Shown here piece by piece: positions 52,932 to 62,081 of a stretch of DNA of 64,000 nucleotides (the first letter of the stretch is position 1; each line of letters begins with the position of its first letter). The translations under genes and the position numbers were made by a program. The stretch covers positions 282,689 to 346,688 of the forward strand of contig DOGZ01000014.1 in assembly GCA_003528115.1 (NCBI GenBank), read 5' to 3'. The notes below the pieces were generated by a model. That model was not told the origin of the DNA and ran no database searches. It saw only the letters and a program-made list of their open reading frames with translations. This DNA is from Candidatus Omnitrophota bacterium. GTDB lineage: Bacteria; Omnitrophota; Gorgyraeia; Zapsychrales; Zapsychraceae.

Positions 52932-53777
52932 ATGACTCAGAAAATAATATTTTTTACATTGTTATTTTGTTGCGTAAGCTTTAAAAGTTATGGAGCTAAT
53001 GAAACTTTCCCTTTTGTTGCTGAGATAACAGAAAATAACGTGAGTGTCCGTGCGGGTCAGAGTATAAATTTTGAAAAGATTTGTACTTTAAAAAAAGGTG
53101 ATGAGGTCCTTGTTACGGATAAGCAATATAGTTGGTATAAAATTAAGCTGCCTCAAGAAGCAAAAAGCTTTGTCAGTGAGAAATATGTTGTCATGAAAAA
53201 TGATCACGAGGCGGAAATTGTCGGAGACCGTGTGAATGTTCGCGCCGGAGCCGGGATTCAATATGCTGTATTAGGGCAGTTGGTGGTTGGATCGCCCGTG
53301 ACTATTCTGGAGAAACTCGATGGCTGGTACAGGATCAAACCGGTAGAGGAAAGCTTTGGATGGATATCTAAAGAGTTTGTTGTTTTTAAATCTAAAGATG
53401 TGAAGTCTTATGCGTTGGCTCATGAAATCGTTGAGCAGTCAAGTGATGAGCGGGAAAAGATTGAAGAAAATCCAGATGGGAGAGAAGAAACAAGTAAGGT
53501 CGAGGAACCGGAAAAACAAGTTAAAGTTCCGAGGCCTGTTGAAGAGAGTCTCTCAGTGTCCGGAATTTTGGAACAAGCGAATGAGACCGGCTCAGAATAC
53601 ATTTCATATAAACTCACCATGGAAGGACAGTCCATTTGTTACGTTAAGGGTTTGAAGCCTTCCCTTGATAGATTCCTGAATTATAAAGTTACGTTAGAAG
53701 GGAAAAAGGAAGAAAATGCCTCGAGTCAATATTCCTATCCTGTGCTTGTAGTTTCCAAGATTCAAATCGTTTTGTGA
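52932..53777 (+). CDS. Secreted protein with two bacterial SH3 domains
   Basis: Signal peptide; VSVRAG..WYKI and VNVRAG..GWYRI..GWIS; start inferred at MTQKII. Confidence 0.85.
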   Translation: MTQKIIFFTLLFCCVSFKSYGANETFPFVAEITENNVSVRAGQSINFEKICTLKKGDEVLVTDKQYSWYKIKLPQEAKSFVSEKYVVMKNDHEAEIVGDRVNVRAGAGIQYAVLGQLVVGSPVTILEKLDGWYRIKPVEESFGWISKEFVVFKSKDVKSYALAHEIVEQSSDEREKIEENPDGREETSKVEEPEKQVKVPRPVEESLSVSGILEQANETGSEYISYKLTMEGQSICYVKGLKPSLDRFLNYKVTLEGKKEENASSQYSYPVLVVSKIQIVL

Positions 53778-53824
53778 ATTCCAAGGCCTCTTGAATACGT
53801 TAGAAGGAGATTCGTTTTAATACC

Positions 53825-54445
53825 ATGATAGTAGAAACGTTTATTCCCATTCTCATATTGTTTTTCTCTGTGATTCTGCACGAGTGCGCTCATGGTTGGG
53901 TGGCCTATAAATTAGGCGACCCGACAGCGAAAGAAGCCGGACGTTTGACGCTCAATCCGTTTAAACATATAGATCCTTTGGGAACAGTTATTTTGCCAGG
54001 AGCCCTTTGGATTTTACGAAGCTTGGGATACGTCAATTTTGTTATTGGCTGGGCCAAACCTGTTCCAGTTAATTTCTTAAATTTACGTAACCCCAAGAGG
54101 GATATGATGTGGGTTGGATTAGCCGGGCCAGGCATGAACATTATTTTAGCCATTTTCTTTTATCAATTTCTCAGATTCGATCTTTCTTATGGATATTACA
54201 AAATGCTCGAAGAGGCAGTATTCTTGAATTTGGTTTTGGCAGTTTTTAATCTTACGCCCATTCCACCGTTGGATGGTTCGCGTTTTGTATCGTCTCTCTT
54301 GCCAAAGAAAATGGCCTTGGCTTACAGCCAATTGGAGGCCATGGGGATATTGATTGTTATCATTTTAATAAATCTTGGATTGTTCGAGAAAATTATTCTT
54401 CCTTTGGTCGTTTTACTAGGAAGGATTATAGGGATTGAATTCTAA
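53825..54445 (+). CDS. Site-2 protease (M50) family
   Basis: HECAH, GRLTLNP, AGP, NLTPIPPLDG. Confidence 0.93.
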   Translation: MIVETFIPILILFFSVILHECAHGWVAYKLGDPTAKEAGRLTLNPFKHIDPLGTVILPGALWILRSLGYVNFVIGWAKPVPVNFLNLRNPKRDMMWVGLAGPGMNIILAIFFYQFLRFDLSYGYYKMLEEAVFLNLVLAVFNLTPIPPLDGSRFVSSLLPKKMALAYSQLEAMGILIVIILINLGLFEKIILPLVVLLGRIIGIEF

Positions 54446-55539
54446 TGAAAAAAGTCCGTGTCGATTTAAAGGAAAATGCCTATAAAATCCTCATAGGCCA
54501 TGATTTCTTATCCAAGCTTGGAATTCATCTTAAAAGCCTGGGTATAGGTCAAGATGCCGTGGTGATTACGCATCCTGTTATTCATCAATTTTATGGGAAA
54601 ACGATCGCCACCGGATTAAAAAAAAGTGGATTTTCGGTCAAGATCATTGATGTTCTTGAGGGAGAATCGAGCAAATCAACTCAGACAGCTTTTCAACTCA
54701 TGGAAGAAATAGCGGGATATGATTGTTTTAAGAAAATCTTTATCGTCGCCTTGGGAGGCGGTGTTATTGGAGATCTGGCCGGATTTGTCGCCGCGGTTTA
54801 TAAGAGGGGGATTTCTTACGTTCAAGTTCCGACGACGTTTTTAGCCCAAATTGATTCCGCCATTGGAGGCAAGGTGGCGATTGATTTACCTGTGGGAAAG
54901 AATTTAGTAGGGGCCTTCCATCAGCCTAGAATCGTCCTGAGCGATGTTACGACCCTATCGACCCTTGAGGAAAGACAAATCAAGAACGGTCTTGCCGAAG
55001 CGGTTAAATACGGAATGATTTATGATAAGAAATTATTCTATTATTTAAGTAAGAATTATAGTTTACTGCTCAAGCGAAATCCTAAGGCTCTTATGGATGT
55101 TGTTTTTAGTTGCAGTCGGATAAAGGCCCAAGTTGTTGTCGAGGATGAAAAGGAAACTAAGGGGATTAGGACCATATTAAATTTTGGTCATACCGTTGGC
55201 CATGCTATCGAAGCGGCGGGCACGTTTAGCGCCTATCAGCATGGAGAGGCTGTGAGTCTCGGTATGAGGATTGCCGGGGATATTTCTTGCCAGATGAAGA
55301 TGTTTAGTCAGGATAATAGAGATTCGCTGAATAAGCTGTTGACGGATATCGGACTTCCGGAAAAAATCAAGAATTTGCGTTTGGAAGATATTCTGAATGT
55401 CATGCAACATGATAAGAAATTTATTTCAGGAACCAACCGATTCGTTTTGGTGAAAGATATTGGCCAGGTGAAAATTGTTGATAACGTGCCGATGACTGTT
55501 ATCACAAAGGCAATCAAGAAGCATATAGCCGCATTTTGA
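54445..55539 (+). CDS. aroB: 3-dehydroquinate synthase
   Basis: GGGVIGDLAGF, PTT, DSAIGGK, KNLVG, LNFGHTVGHAIE, HGEAV. Confidence 0.97.
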   Translation: MKKVRVDLKENAYKILIGHDFLSKLGIHLKSLGIGQDAVVITHPVIHQFYGKTIATGLKKSGFSVKIIDVLEGESSKSTQTAFQLMEEIAGYDCFKKIFIVALGGGVIGDLAGFVAAVYKRGISYVQVPTTFLAQIDSAIGGKVAIDLPVGKNLVGAFHQPRIVLSDVTTLSTLEERQIKNGLAEAVKYGMIYDKKLFYYLSKNYSLLLKRNPKALMDVVFSCSRIKAQVVVEDEKETKGIRTILNFGHTVGHAIEAAGTFSAYQHGEAVSLGMRIAGDISCQMKMFSQDNRDSLNKLLTDIGLPEKIKNLRLEDILNVMQHDKKFISGTNRFVLVKDIGQVKIVDNVPMTVITKAIKKHIAAF

Positions 55540-55557
55540 TTCTACCATCGCACTTCT

Positions 55558-56121
55558 TTATTTCTGTTTAGGACGCAAGCGCAGGGTGACAATCTTGCCG
55601 TTGTTGAGCAATTCAACCCCATCCAGAGTAATATTTTCAATTTTCATGCCGTTGATCGAATCGCCCAGTTCATAAATTTCATTATTGATAAGAGCGATCA
55701 TTTTGTCTCCCTTCATCATGGTCCCGTTAAGGATCAATTTGACGGTGTTGCCATAATGAGTTTCTTTTATGACATAAGAAGGCGCGGGACTTGAACGGTC
55801 AGGTGTTGTTGAAGGTTTTTTGAAAATAAGAAAAGCCAAAAAGAAACCTGCCCCCACCAGAAAAGTGCCAAGGATGAACAGAATGGGCTTTTTCCCGAAA
55901 GTTTCTTTATTTGCAGTCTCTGTTTTTTTTGCGGTGTGAATCGAACGGATATTGGTGCTGGTGGAGGAGGGATTGTTGTCGGAGACAGGGGAAGAAGTTC
56001 TTAAGGTGGGTTTTGAGGCGAGGCGCGATTGCTTAAAAGTTTCGTAAATCTTGGTTTTGTCACCATTTTTTTTATCAAGTTGATTTTGCGTCTTTTTTAG
56101 GGCGTTGTGAATGATACTCAT
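55558..56121 (-). CDS. GspB/ExeB-like bitopic membrane protein
   Basis: MSIIHNALKK N-terminus, one TM, C-terminal LNG.....ALIN..IY..GD.ING..I..I domain; coupled to exeA. Confidence 0.65.
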   Translation of the reverse strand: MSIIHNALKKTQNQLDKKNGDKTKIYETFKQSRLASKPTLRTSSPVSDNNPSSTSTNIRSIHTAKKTETANKETFGKKPILFILGTFLVGAGFFLAFLIFKKPSTTPDRSSPAPSYVIKETHYGNTVKLILNGTMMKGDKMIALINNEIYELGDSINGMKIENITLDGVELLNNGKIVTLRLRPKQK

Positions 56122-56936
56122 TTACGGCCGACCTCTTGAATGCATTTATGCACAATATGTTCGTCAATCATGTGAGTTTCAGATATATAGCCGGCTAAAA
56201 GGGCCCTATCACACAAAATGTTCACCATGCGCGGTGTCCCTCGGGAGCTCTCATAAATCGCGTCGATCGCTTTATCCGTAAAATGGATGCCATAGCTTGA
56301 ATTGTTAGATGAGTTAGCGACTTTTAATCTGTGTTGAATATAATTGTGCATTTCATTGCGGTCTAAAGGCATAAGATGATAGCGTACGGTGACCCTTTGA
56401 TTAAGCTGACGTAACGTCGGCAATTGGAGTTTGTCTAATAACTCCGGCTGGCCGACCAGGATGATTTGAAGGAGTTTTTCTTTTTCAGTTTCCAGGTTTG
56501 AAAGGAGGCGGATTTGTTCAAGTTGTTTGACTCCAAGATTCTGGGCCTCATCAATAATCAAAACAACGTTGTGTCCTTGGTTTGATTCTTTGAGTAAGAA
56601 CTCATTAAGGGCGTTTACTAAAGAAAATTTATTTTTGGCACGGCTTTCGATATCAAGATCTTTGAGGATGATTTGTAAAAGCTGAACATCAGAAAAGCTT
56701 GGATTCAAAATGAGGGCTGTTTTCGTGTCTTCTCCCAGCCGGTTCAACAGGATTCGACAGAGCGTTGTTTTACCTGTCCCGATTTCTCCCGTAATTACTA
56801 AAATGCCTTTTCTTTGATGGACCCCATAAATAAGGTGTGAAAAAGCCTCATCATGATGGGAGCTGGGGAAGAAGAATTCAGGATCAGCCGTGATATTGAA
56901 TGGGTTTTCTTTTAAGTAATAAAATTTGTTATACAT
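56118..56936 (-). CDS. ExeA/GspA-family AAA ATPase (no C-terminal PG-binding domain)
   Basis: MY..FY.LKENPF..TADP, GEIGTGKTT, IIDEAQ, VGQPEL, GTPRMVNILCD. Confidence 0.9.
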   Translation of the reverse strand: MYNKFYYLKENPFNITADPEFFFPSSHHDEAFSHLIYGVHQRKGILVITGEIGTGKTTLCRILLNRLGEDTKTALILNPSFSDVQLLQIILKDLDIESRAKNKFSLVNALNEFLLKESNQGHNVVLIIDEAQNLGVKQLEQIRLLSNLETEKEKLLQIILVGQPELLDKLQLPTLRQLNQRVTVRYHLMPLDRNEMHNYIQHRLKVANSSNNSSYGIHFTDKAIDAIYESSRGTPRMVNILCDRALLAGYISETHMIDEHIVHKCIQEVGRK

Positions 56937-56944
56937 TGAGTGAA

Positions 56945-56973
56945 ATTATATCACTGATCCTGCGTTTGGTAAA
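56945..56973 (-). promoter_or_regulatory. Putative sigma70 promoter for exeA (near-leaderless)
   Basis: Minus strand TTTACC, 17 nt, TATAAT with extended TG; only 8 nt before ATG. Confidence 0.55.
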
Positions 56974-57038
56974 TTATGGTTTTTGAATTTAGTGGATGCT
57001 AAATAGTCCGTGATGAGAGCGCCTTCAGAAAAAAACGA

Positions 57039-57066
57039 TTGTCAGTCGAATTTAATATGTTATAAT
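57039..57066 (+). promoter_or_regulatory. Putative sigma70 promoter for the PilZ cluster
   Basis: TTGTCA, 16 nt, TATAAT with extended TG. Confidence 0.55.
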
Positions 57067-57165
57067 TCTAAAAAATTTAGACGATTATTACAAATGTCTT
57101 AAATGATTTTGCGTGAATTCATTGGAGTTTTTTTAAAAAAACTTTTGCGCTAGGGTGAATAGGTT

Positions 57166-57516
57166 TTGAAGACAGACAATCCTATAGAAAAACGGTATGC
57201 GAAGCGCATTAAACTTAGTAGTCCAGTTCATTTTCAAGGGAAGGACCCGAGCCAATATGGAGGATGCCTTTCCCGTGACCTGAGTGAAGGCGGTATTCAG
57301 GTGTCGTTATATGATTTTGTCCCGATTCATTCGATTTTGACGCTTCAAGTTCAGTTGGCCCAGGAAAAAGTTGTTGATTGTTTGGCCCGTGTGGTCTGGA
57401 TTGAAAAACATCCATCCATGCTTCGTTATCAGGTTGGTCTTGAATTTGTTGCGACAGAGGACATATTAAAAGCTAAAAAGGAAATTTATCAGTTTATCAA
57501 ATCTTATCAATCATAA
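57166..57516 (+). CDS. Stand-alone PilZ domain protein
   Basis: EKRYAKR and DLSEGG c-di-GMP motifs; ARVVW, GLEF. Confidence 0.88.
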   Translation: MKTDNPIEKRYAKRIKLSSPVHFQGKDPSQYGGCLSRDLSEGGIQVSLYDFVPIHSILTLQVQLAQEKVVDCLARVVWIEKHPSMLRYQVGLEFVATEDILKAKKEIYQFIKSYQS

Positions 57517-57571
57517 ATTGTCAGAAATAAATTTTTTGATGATTTGTTTGTGAAAGGAGTCTTAAGAAATT

Positions 57572-57730
57572 ATGGCTAATCAAAAGGAACCATCAGATGT
57601 AGGGAAAAATTGTGCCGGATGCAAGAAAGTACTTTCTAAGAAGAAGAAATATTATCGAAATGGCGCTTATTATTGCAATAATAACTGTTTTAAGAAGAAA
57701 GACGCGGGGGGCGAGCAACAACCTGCTTAA
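57572..57730 (+). CDS. Small basic Cys4 Zn-finger protein (not in ORF track)
   Basis: Hand translation MANQKEPSDVGKNCAGCKKVLSKKKKYYRNGAYYCNNNCFKKKDAGGEQQPA; SD AAAGGAG. Confidence 0.8.
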   Translation: MANQKEPSDVGKNCAGCKKVLSKKKKYYRNGAYYCNNNCFKKKDAGGEQQPA

Positions 57731-57743
57731 TTAAGGAGTCGCG

Positions 57744-58106
57744 GTGTATTTAAAGAAACCTCTCACTGAAAGAAGAAAAGATTTTCGTTTAGCCAATAGA
57801 GTCCCAGTTAAAATTTGTCAGGAAAACGGGGATATCGTCACGGAAACAGTAAATCTCAGCCGTTCTGGGGTGTACTGTCGCGTCAATAAATATATCGAAC
57901 CGATGACAAAATTAAGAATTCATCTCCTTATCCCCAGAAGAAAGAACGGTAAAACGACTCCCAAGAAAATTACCTGTCAGGGGGTCGGAGTCCGTATTGA
58001 GCCGATTAAAGGAGAGACTGCGTACAACCTCGCGATATTTTTTAATGATATTTCACAAAGAGACTCTGATCATATAGCTGATTATGTTAATTCTTTCACA
58101 GAATGA
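57744..58106 (+). CDS. Stand-alone PilZ domain protein
   Basis: ERRKDFR and NLSRSG motifs; GTG start after AAGGAG. Confidence 0.85.
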   Translation: MYLKKPLTERRKDFRLANRVPVKICQENGDIVTETVNLSRSGVYCRVNKYIEPMTKLRIHLLIPRRKNGKTTPKKITCQGVGVRIEPIKGETAYNLAIFFNDISQRDSDHIADYVNSFTE

Positions 58107-58259
58107 CAAAACAACTGCTCCACGACATCCCATTTTTTCCGTTTTTCTCACTCTTCCAATATATATTGTTCTCATTAGGATCAACAAATACTTCATATTA
58201 TTGTTTAATTTTCCCCCATATGGTTTCTTACGGACAGTTATTTCAAAGGAGCAGGTTTT

Positions 58260-58442
58260 ATGGAAAATGCCATTAATGTAAGTTTGTCTCCCATACAAGT
58301 TCTTCTTTCTTTTTTATTTCAGATATGGATTGTTGTTTTTCCTATTATTTTAATTCGTAAATTGAACTATTTAACGGCGCTTCTTCAATCCCAGAATCGT
58401 GAATATCAAGGTGACGGGCAATCCGATCACGACAATTCATGA
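58260..58442 (+). CDS. Small single-TM hypothetical protein
   Basis: SD AAGGAG, one hydrophobic helix, ATGA overlap with next gene. Confidence 0.65.
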   Translation: MENAINVSLSPIQVLLSFLFQIWIVVFPIILIRKLNYLTALLQSQNREYQGDGQSDHDNS

Positions 58443-59134
58443 AAGCTGTGTTTGAGAACCGTTCTTTCTTTGAGAAGGCGATAGATATTTTATATGAAGA
58501 TGACAGCTATATCATTTTCAATAAACCATCCGGCCTTCTGGTTATCCCAACGTTTAAGGAAGAGAAGAAAACGTTGGTCAATATTGTCAATCATCAATAT
58601 GCCTCGGGGGGAGGCGCGGGCAGGCTTTATCCGTGTCATAGGTTGGATCGAGAAACATCAGGGGTCATCATTTTTGCTAAAGGTAAACGGCATCAACAGT
58701 TGATGATGGAGGCGTTCAAGAGGAGAGCTGTTACGAAGAAATACATAGCGTTTATTCATGGGAGGATGTCTTTACAAAAGGGGGAATTTAAAAGTGTCAT
58801 CCATGATGTTGATCAGAAAAAGTTTAGAAATCCCTCTTCAGCAAAAATGGCCATTACCCGGTACAGGGTCATTGATGACATGAAATCTTTTAGTGTAGTT
58901 GAAGTTAATCCGATCACGGGACAAACCAATCAAATCCGTATACATTTTAGCCGTGATGAACATCCTTTGGTGGGTGAGAGAAAATACGCCTTTGCCAGGG
59001 ATTATGCCTTGAAATTTCGTCGGACAGCGTTACATGCCTCTAGCGTAGAGTTCTTACATCCGTTGATCCGTAAACTGATTTCGGTGAGGGCAGAGATGCC
59101 GAGGGATATGAAGGAATTTATGGAACGGCATTGA
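58439..59134 (+). CDS. RluA-family pseudouridine synthase (no S4 domain)
   Basis: NKPSGL, HRLDRETSG, TGQTNQIRIH, ALHA. Confidence 0.92.
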   Translation: MKAVFENRSFFEKAIDILYEDDSYIIFNKPSGLLVIPTFKEEKKTLVNIVNHQYASGGGAGRLYPCHRLDRETSGVIIFAKGKRHQQLMMEAFKRRAVTKKYIAFIHGRMSLQKGEFKSVIHDVDQKKFRNPSSAKMAITRYRVIDDMKSFSVVEVNPITGQTNQIRIHFSRDEHPLVGERKYAFARDYALKFRRTALHASSVEFLHPLIRKLISVRAEMPRDMKEFMERH

Positions 59135-59170
59135 ATAAAGGATTTTGATCAAAAGAGAGGGAGGTGGCCG

Positions 59171-59485
59171 TTGCAAGAAACTCAAATTAAAGGGCGTTCT
59201 CTGAACGAATTGGCTCAGGTCTGCCATAGCATAGCTGTTGAAAAAGGATTTTGGGAAGAGAAACGGAATATCGGCGAGGCTCTGATGTTGATTGTCACAG
59301 AATTGGCTGAGGCGATGGAGGCTTATCGGGTCCAAGATGACGCTAATTTTCGTGAAGAGATAGCGGATGCTTTTATCCGTTTGCTGGATCTTTGTGGAGG
59401 TCTCAAGATTGATATTGAAGAAGAAATTTTTAAGAAATCACTGAAGAATAAAAATCGACCGTATAAACATGGTAAGATTTGTTGA
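59171..59485 (+). CDS. MazG-like all-alpha NTP pyrophosphohydrolase
   Basis: ELAEAMEA...EEIAD acidic motif, NKNRPYKHGK; TTG start after GGAGG. Confidence 0.8.
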   Translation: MQETQIKGRSLNELAQVCHSIAVEKGFWEEKRNIGEALMLIVTELAEAMEAYRVQDDANFREEIADAFIRLLDLCGGLKIDIEEEIFKKSLKNKNRPYKHGKIC

Positions 59486-59536
59486 GGCCCACATTGAATT
59501 CAGCCAAGAGACATTGATCAGCTAAGGAGAGATGGG

Positions 59537-59989
59537 ATGCGACGAATTATTTATATTCTAATTTTTTTGACATTCACCGGGTGTGCCACGATCAGTGTGC
59601 CTAATTATATTAAGGATCAGAACCCGTATAAAAAAACTTATTATTCAAACTTTTCTGACGTTCTCAAGGCAACAACGGAGGCCCTCGAAGAGGCCGGCTG
59701 GAAAGTTGTCAATACATCAGACCCTTCTGTTTTCGAAGGGAATAAAGCGAGCGATGACCCCCAAGTTAAGCAACTTCTCCTTTTTACGGATATTCGGCAA
59801 ACATCCTTGTTTTTCGCCACACGGTATGCCAGGATTAACGCCTATGTGCTCAGTGGGGGAAATCAGACAACGGAACTTGAATTGCGCTACATAACTGTGA
59901 CGTCAGTTTTATTTAAGAAATTTTACTCGTATAAAAAAGACCGTTTTGTCGAACATTTGTTAAAAACAATAGAGAAAAAATTGCAATAA
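59537..59989 (+). CDS. Putative lipoprotein
   Basis: Signal peptide with lipobox FTGC; SD AAGGAG. Confidence 0.75.
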   Translation: MRRIIYILIFLTFTGCATISVPNYIKDQNPYKKTYYSNFSDVLKATTEALEEAGWKVVNTSDPSVFEGNKASDDPQVKQLLLFTDIRQTSLFFATRYARINAYVLSGGNQTTELELRYITVTSVLFKKFYSYKKDRFVEHLLKTIEKKLQ

Positions 59990-60011
59990 GCGATATGGTT
60001 AATTTTTCCTT

Positions 60012-62072
60012 ATGGATCGATTTATTCTTAGAAGTAGTTTTAAACCCGTCACGGAACAAATGGATGCGGTGGATAAACTGGTTAGAGGTATCGATAAAGG
60101 GGAACCCGCCCAGACCTTGTTAGGTGTCACAGGAAGCGGAAAGACATTTACCCTTGCCAATGTTATAGAAAAAATTAACCGTCCGATCCTCGTCATTTCC
60201 CACAATAAAACTTTGGCGGCTCAATTATACGCTGAGTTCAAAGGTTTTTTCCCCTCAAATGCCGTTGAATATTTTGTCAGCTATTATGACTATTATCAGC
60301 CAGAGGCCTATATTCCCCAAACGGATGTCTATATTGAGAAAGACGCCTCCATCAATGACCGCTTGGATCGCCTAAGATTATCTTCCACCACTTCGTTGAT
60401 GACACGCCGTGACGTGATCATTGTCGCTAGTGTTTCGTGTATTTATAATTTGGGGTCGCCATCGGATTATAAGGAATTCTTATTGTGTTTGGAGAAAGCA
60501 CAGAAGATTGATCGTGATGATGTCCTGCAAAGGCTCATTGATATTCAATATGAGCGGGATGATTATGAATTCGTTCGTGGCAAGATACGCGTCCGCGGGG
60601 ACACTATTGAAATTTTCCCGGCATACCGACAGGATGCTTATCGCATTCGGTTCTTTGGTGATGAAATTGAAAAGATCATTCAGATTGACTCTGTGTCGGG
60701 TCATGAGAAATTAGAGCTTGATAAAGTGGCTATTTATCCAGCGAAGCATTTTATTATTTCTCAACCTCGAATCGAATCGGCCATGAAGATGATTGAAGAG
60801 GAGCTAGAACAAAGATTGGCTGAATTAAATAAACAAGGCAAACTGGCGGAGGCCTATCGGCTTAATTCGCGGACGCGGTATGATATGGAGATGTTAAAAG
60901 AAACAGGATATTGTCATGGCATAGAGAATTATTCCTGCGCGTTGTCCGGAAGACCTCCCGGGAGCCGGCCGTTTTGTCTGGTGGACTATTTCCCCGAAGA
61001 TTTTATTACTTTAATTGATGAATCGCATGTCACGATCCCTCAACTCCATGGGATGTATGAGGGAGACAGGTCTCGCAAAGAGACGCTTGTGGAATATGGA
61101 TTTCGTTTGCCGTCATGCCTGGATAACCGTCCTCTTCAATTTAAGGAATTTATGCGGATCGTTCATCAGCGGGTTTATGTTTCGGCAACACCGGGTCCTT
61201 TTGAAATGAAAGAAAGTCACGGCAATGTTGTCGAGCAGATTATAAGACCTACGGGAATTGTGGATCCTCCCATCGAGGTAAGACCAACCCAGGGACAGGT
61301 CGATGACCTTGTTCATGAAGTGAAGAGCCGGGCTGAGAAAGATGAGCGCGTTTTAGTCACGACGTTGACTAAGAGGATGTCAGAAGATCTTTGTGAGTAT
61401 TTAGACGAACAAGGGTTAAAAGTCAAATATTTACATTCCGATATTGAAACGATCGACCGATCCAAAATCCTTAAAGATCTGCGTTTAAAAAAATATGATT
61501 GTTTGGTGGGAGTCAATTTATTGAGGGAGGGGCTGGATCTCCCGGAGGTCTCGCTTGTAGCCATTTTTGATGCCGATAAACAGGGATTTTTGCGTTCTCA
61601 GACTTCGCTCATGCAAGTTTCGGGCCGCGCGGCACGGAATGTTAACGGAAAAGTTGTTATGTACGCGGATAGGATAAGTCCTGCCATGAAGGCGACCATA
61701 GCTGAATGCGATCGCCGACGAAAAACTCAATTGGCCTTTAATGAAGAGCACCATATTACCTCCCAGACGATCAAGAAGGCTATTAGTGCGGCCGGCATTG
61801 AGGAATTGGTTCAAGAGGAGGCTGAGGCTCTGGTTTTAAACGTTGCAGAGCAGAATGAAGAAGAGTACGCATTCTCAAGCATGATTGCTAACCTGGAGAG
61901 GGAAATGGAATTGGCGGCAAGAAATCTTCAGTTTGAAAAGGCAGCGATGTTCCGTGATAAGATTAAAGGGCTGAGAAATGATGCGGAATTTCTGAAGGGC
62001 GGCGGAAAAACAGGAATTGTCAAAAAGCATAATAAAAGACCGGTAAAGCATAAACTTTCGCGCAACGCATAG
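60012..62072 (+). CDS. uvrB: Excinuclease ABC subunit B
   Basis: GVTGSGKT, FVSYYDYYQPEAY, DESH, GRAARN, C-terminal UVR domain. Confidence 0.98.
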   Translation: MDRFILRSSFKPVTEQMDAVDKLVRGIDKGEPAQTLLGVTGSGKTFTLANVIEKINRPILVISHNKTLAAQLYAEFKGFFPSNAVEYFVSYYDYYQPEAYIPQTDVYIEKDASINDRLDRLRLSSTTSLMTRRDVIIVASVSCIYNLGSPSDYKEFLLCLEKAQKIDRDDVLQRLIDIQYERDDYEFVRGKIRVRGDTIEIFPAYRQDAYRIRFFGDEIEKIIQIDSVSGHEKLELDKVAIYPAKHFIISQPRIESAMKMIEEELEQRLAELNKQGKLAEAYRLNSRTRYDMEMLKETGYCHGIENYSCALSGRPPGSRPFCLVDYFPEDFITLIDESHVTIPQLHGMYEGDRSRKETLVEYGFRLPSCLDNRPLQFKEFMRIVHQRVYVSATPGPFEMKESHGNVVEQIIRPTGIVDPPIEVRPTQGQVDDLVHEVKSRAEKDERVLVTTLTKRMSEDLCEYLDEQGLKVKYLHSDIETIDRSKILKDLRLKKYDCLVGVNLLREGLDLPEVSLVAIFDADKQGFLRSQTSLMQVSGRAARNVNGKVVMYADRISPAMKATIAECDRRRKTQLAFNEEHHITSQTIKKAISAAGIEELVQEEAEALVLNVAEQNEEEYAFSSMIANLEREMELAARNLQFEKAAMFRDKIKGLRNDAEFLKGGGKTGIVKKHNKRPVKHKLSRNA

Positions 62073-62081
62073 GAAAAATAT

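Noticed and set aside
58053-58298. ORFs 58084-58281 (+) and 58053-58298 (-)
   Set aside because: No SD or motifs, and they overlap better-supported genes at both ends; probably an AT-rich spacer.
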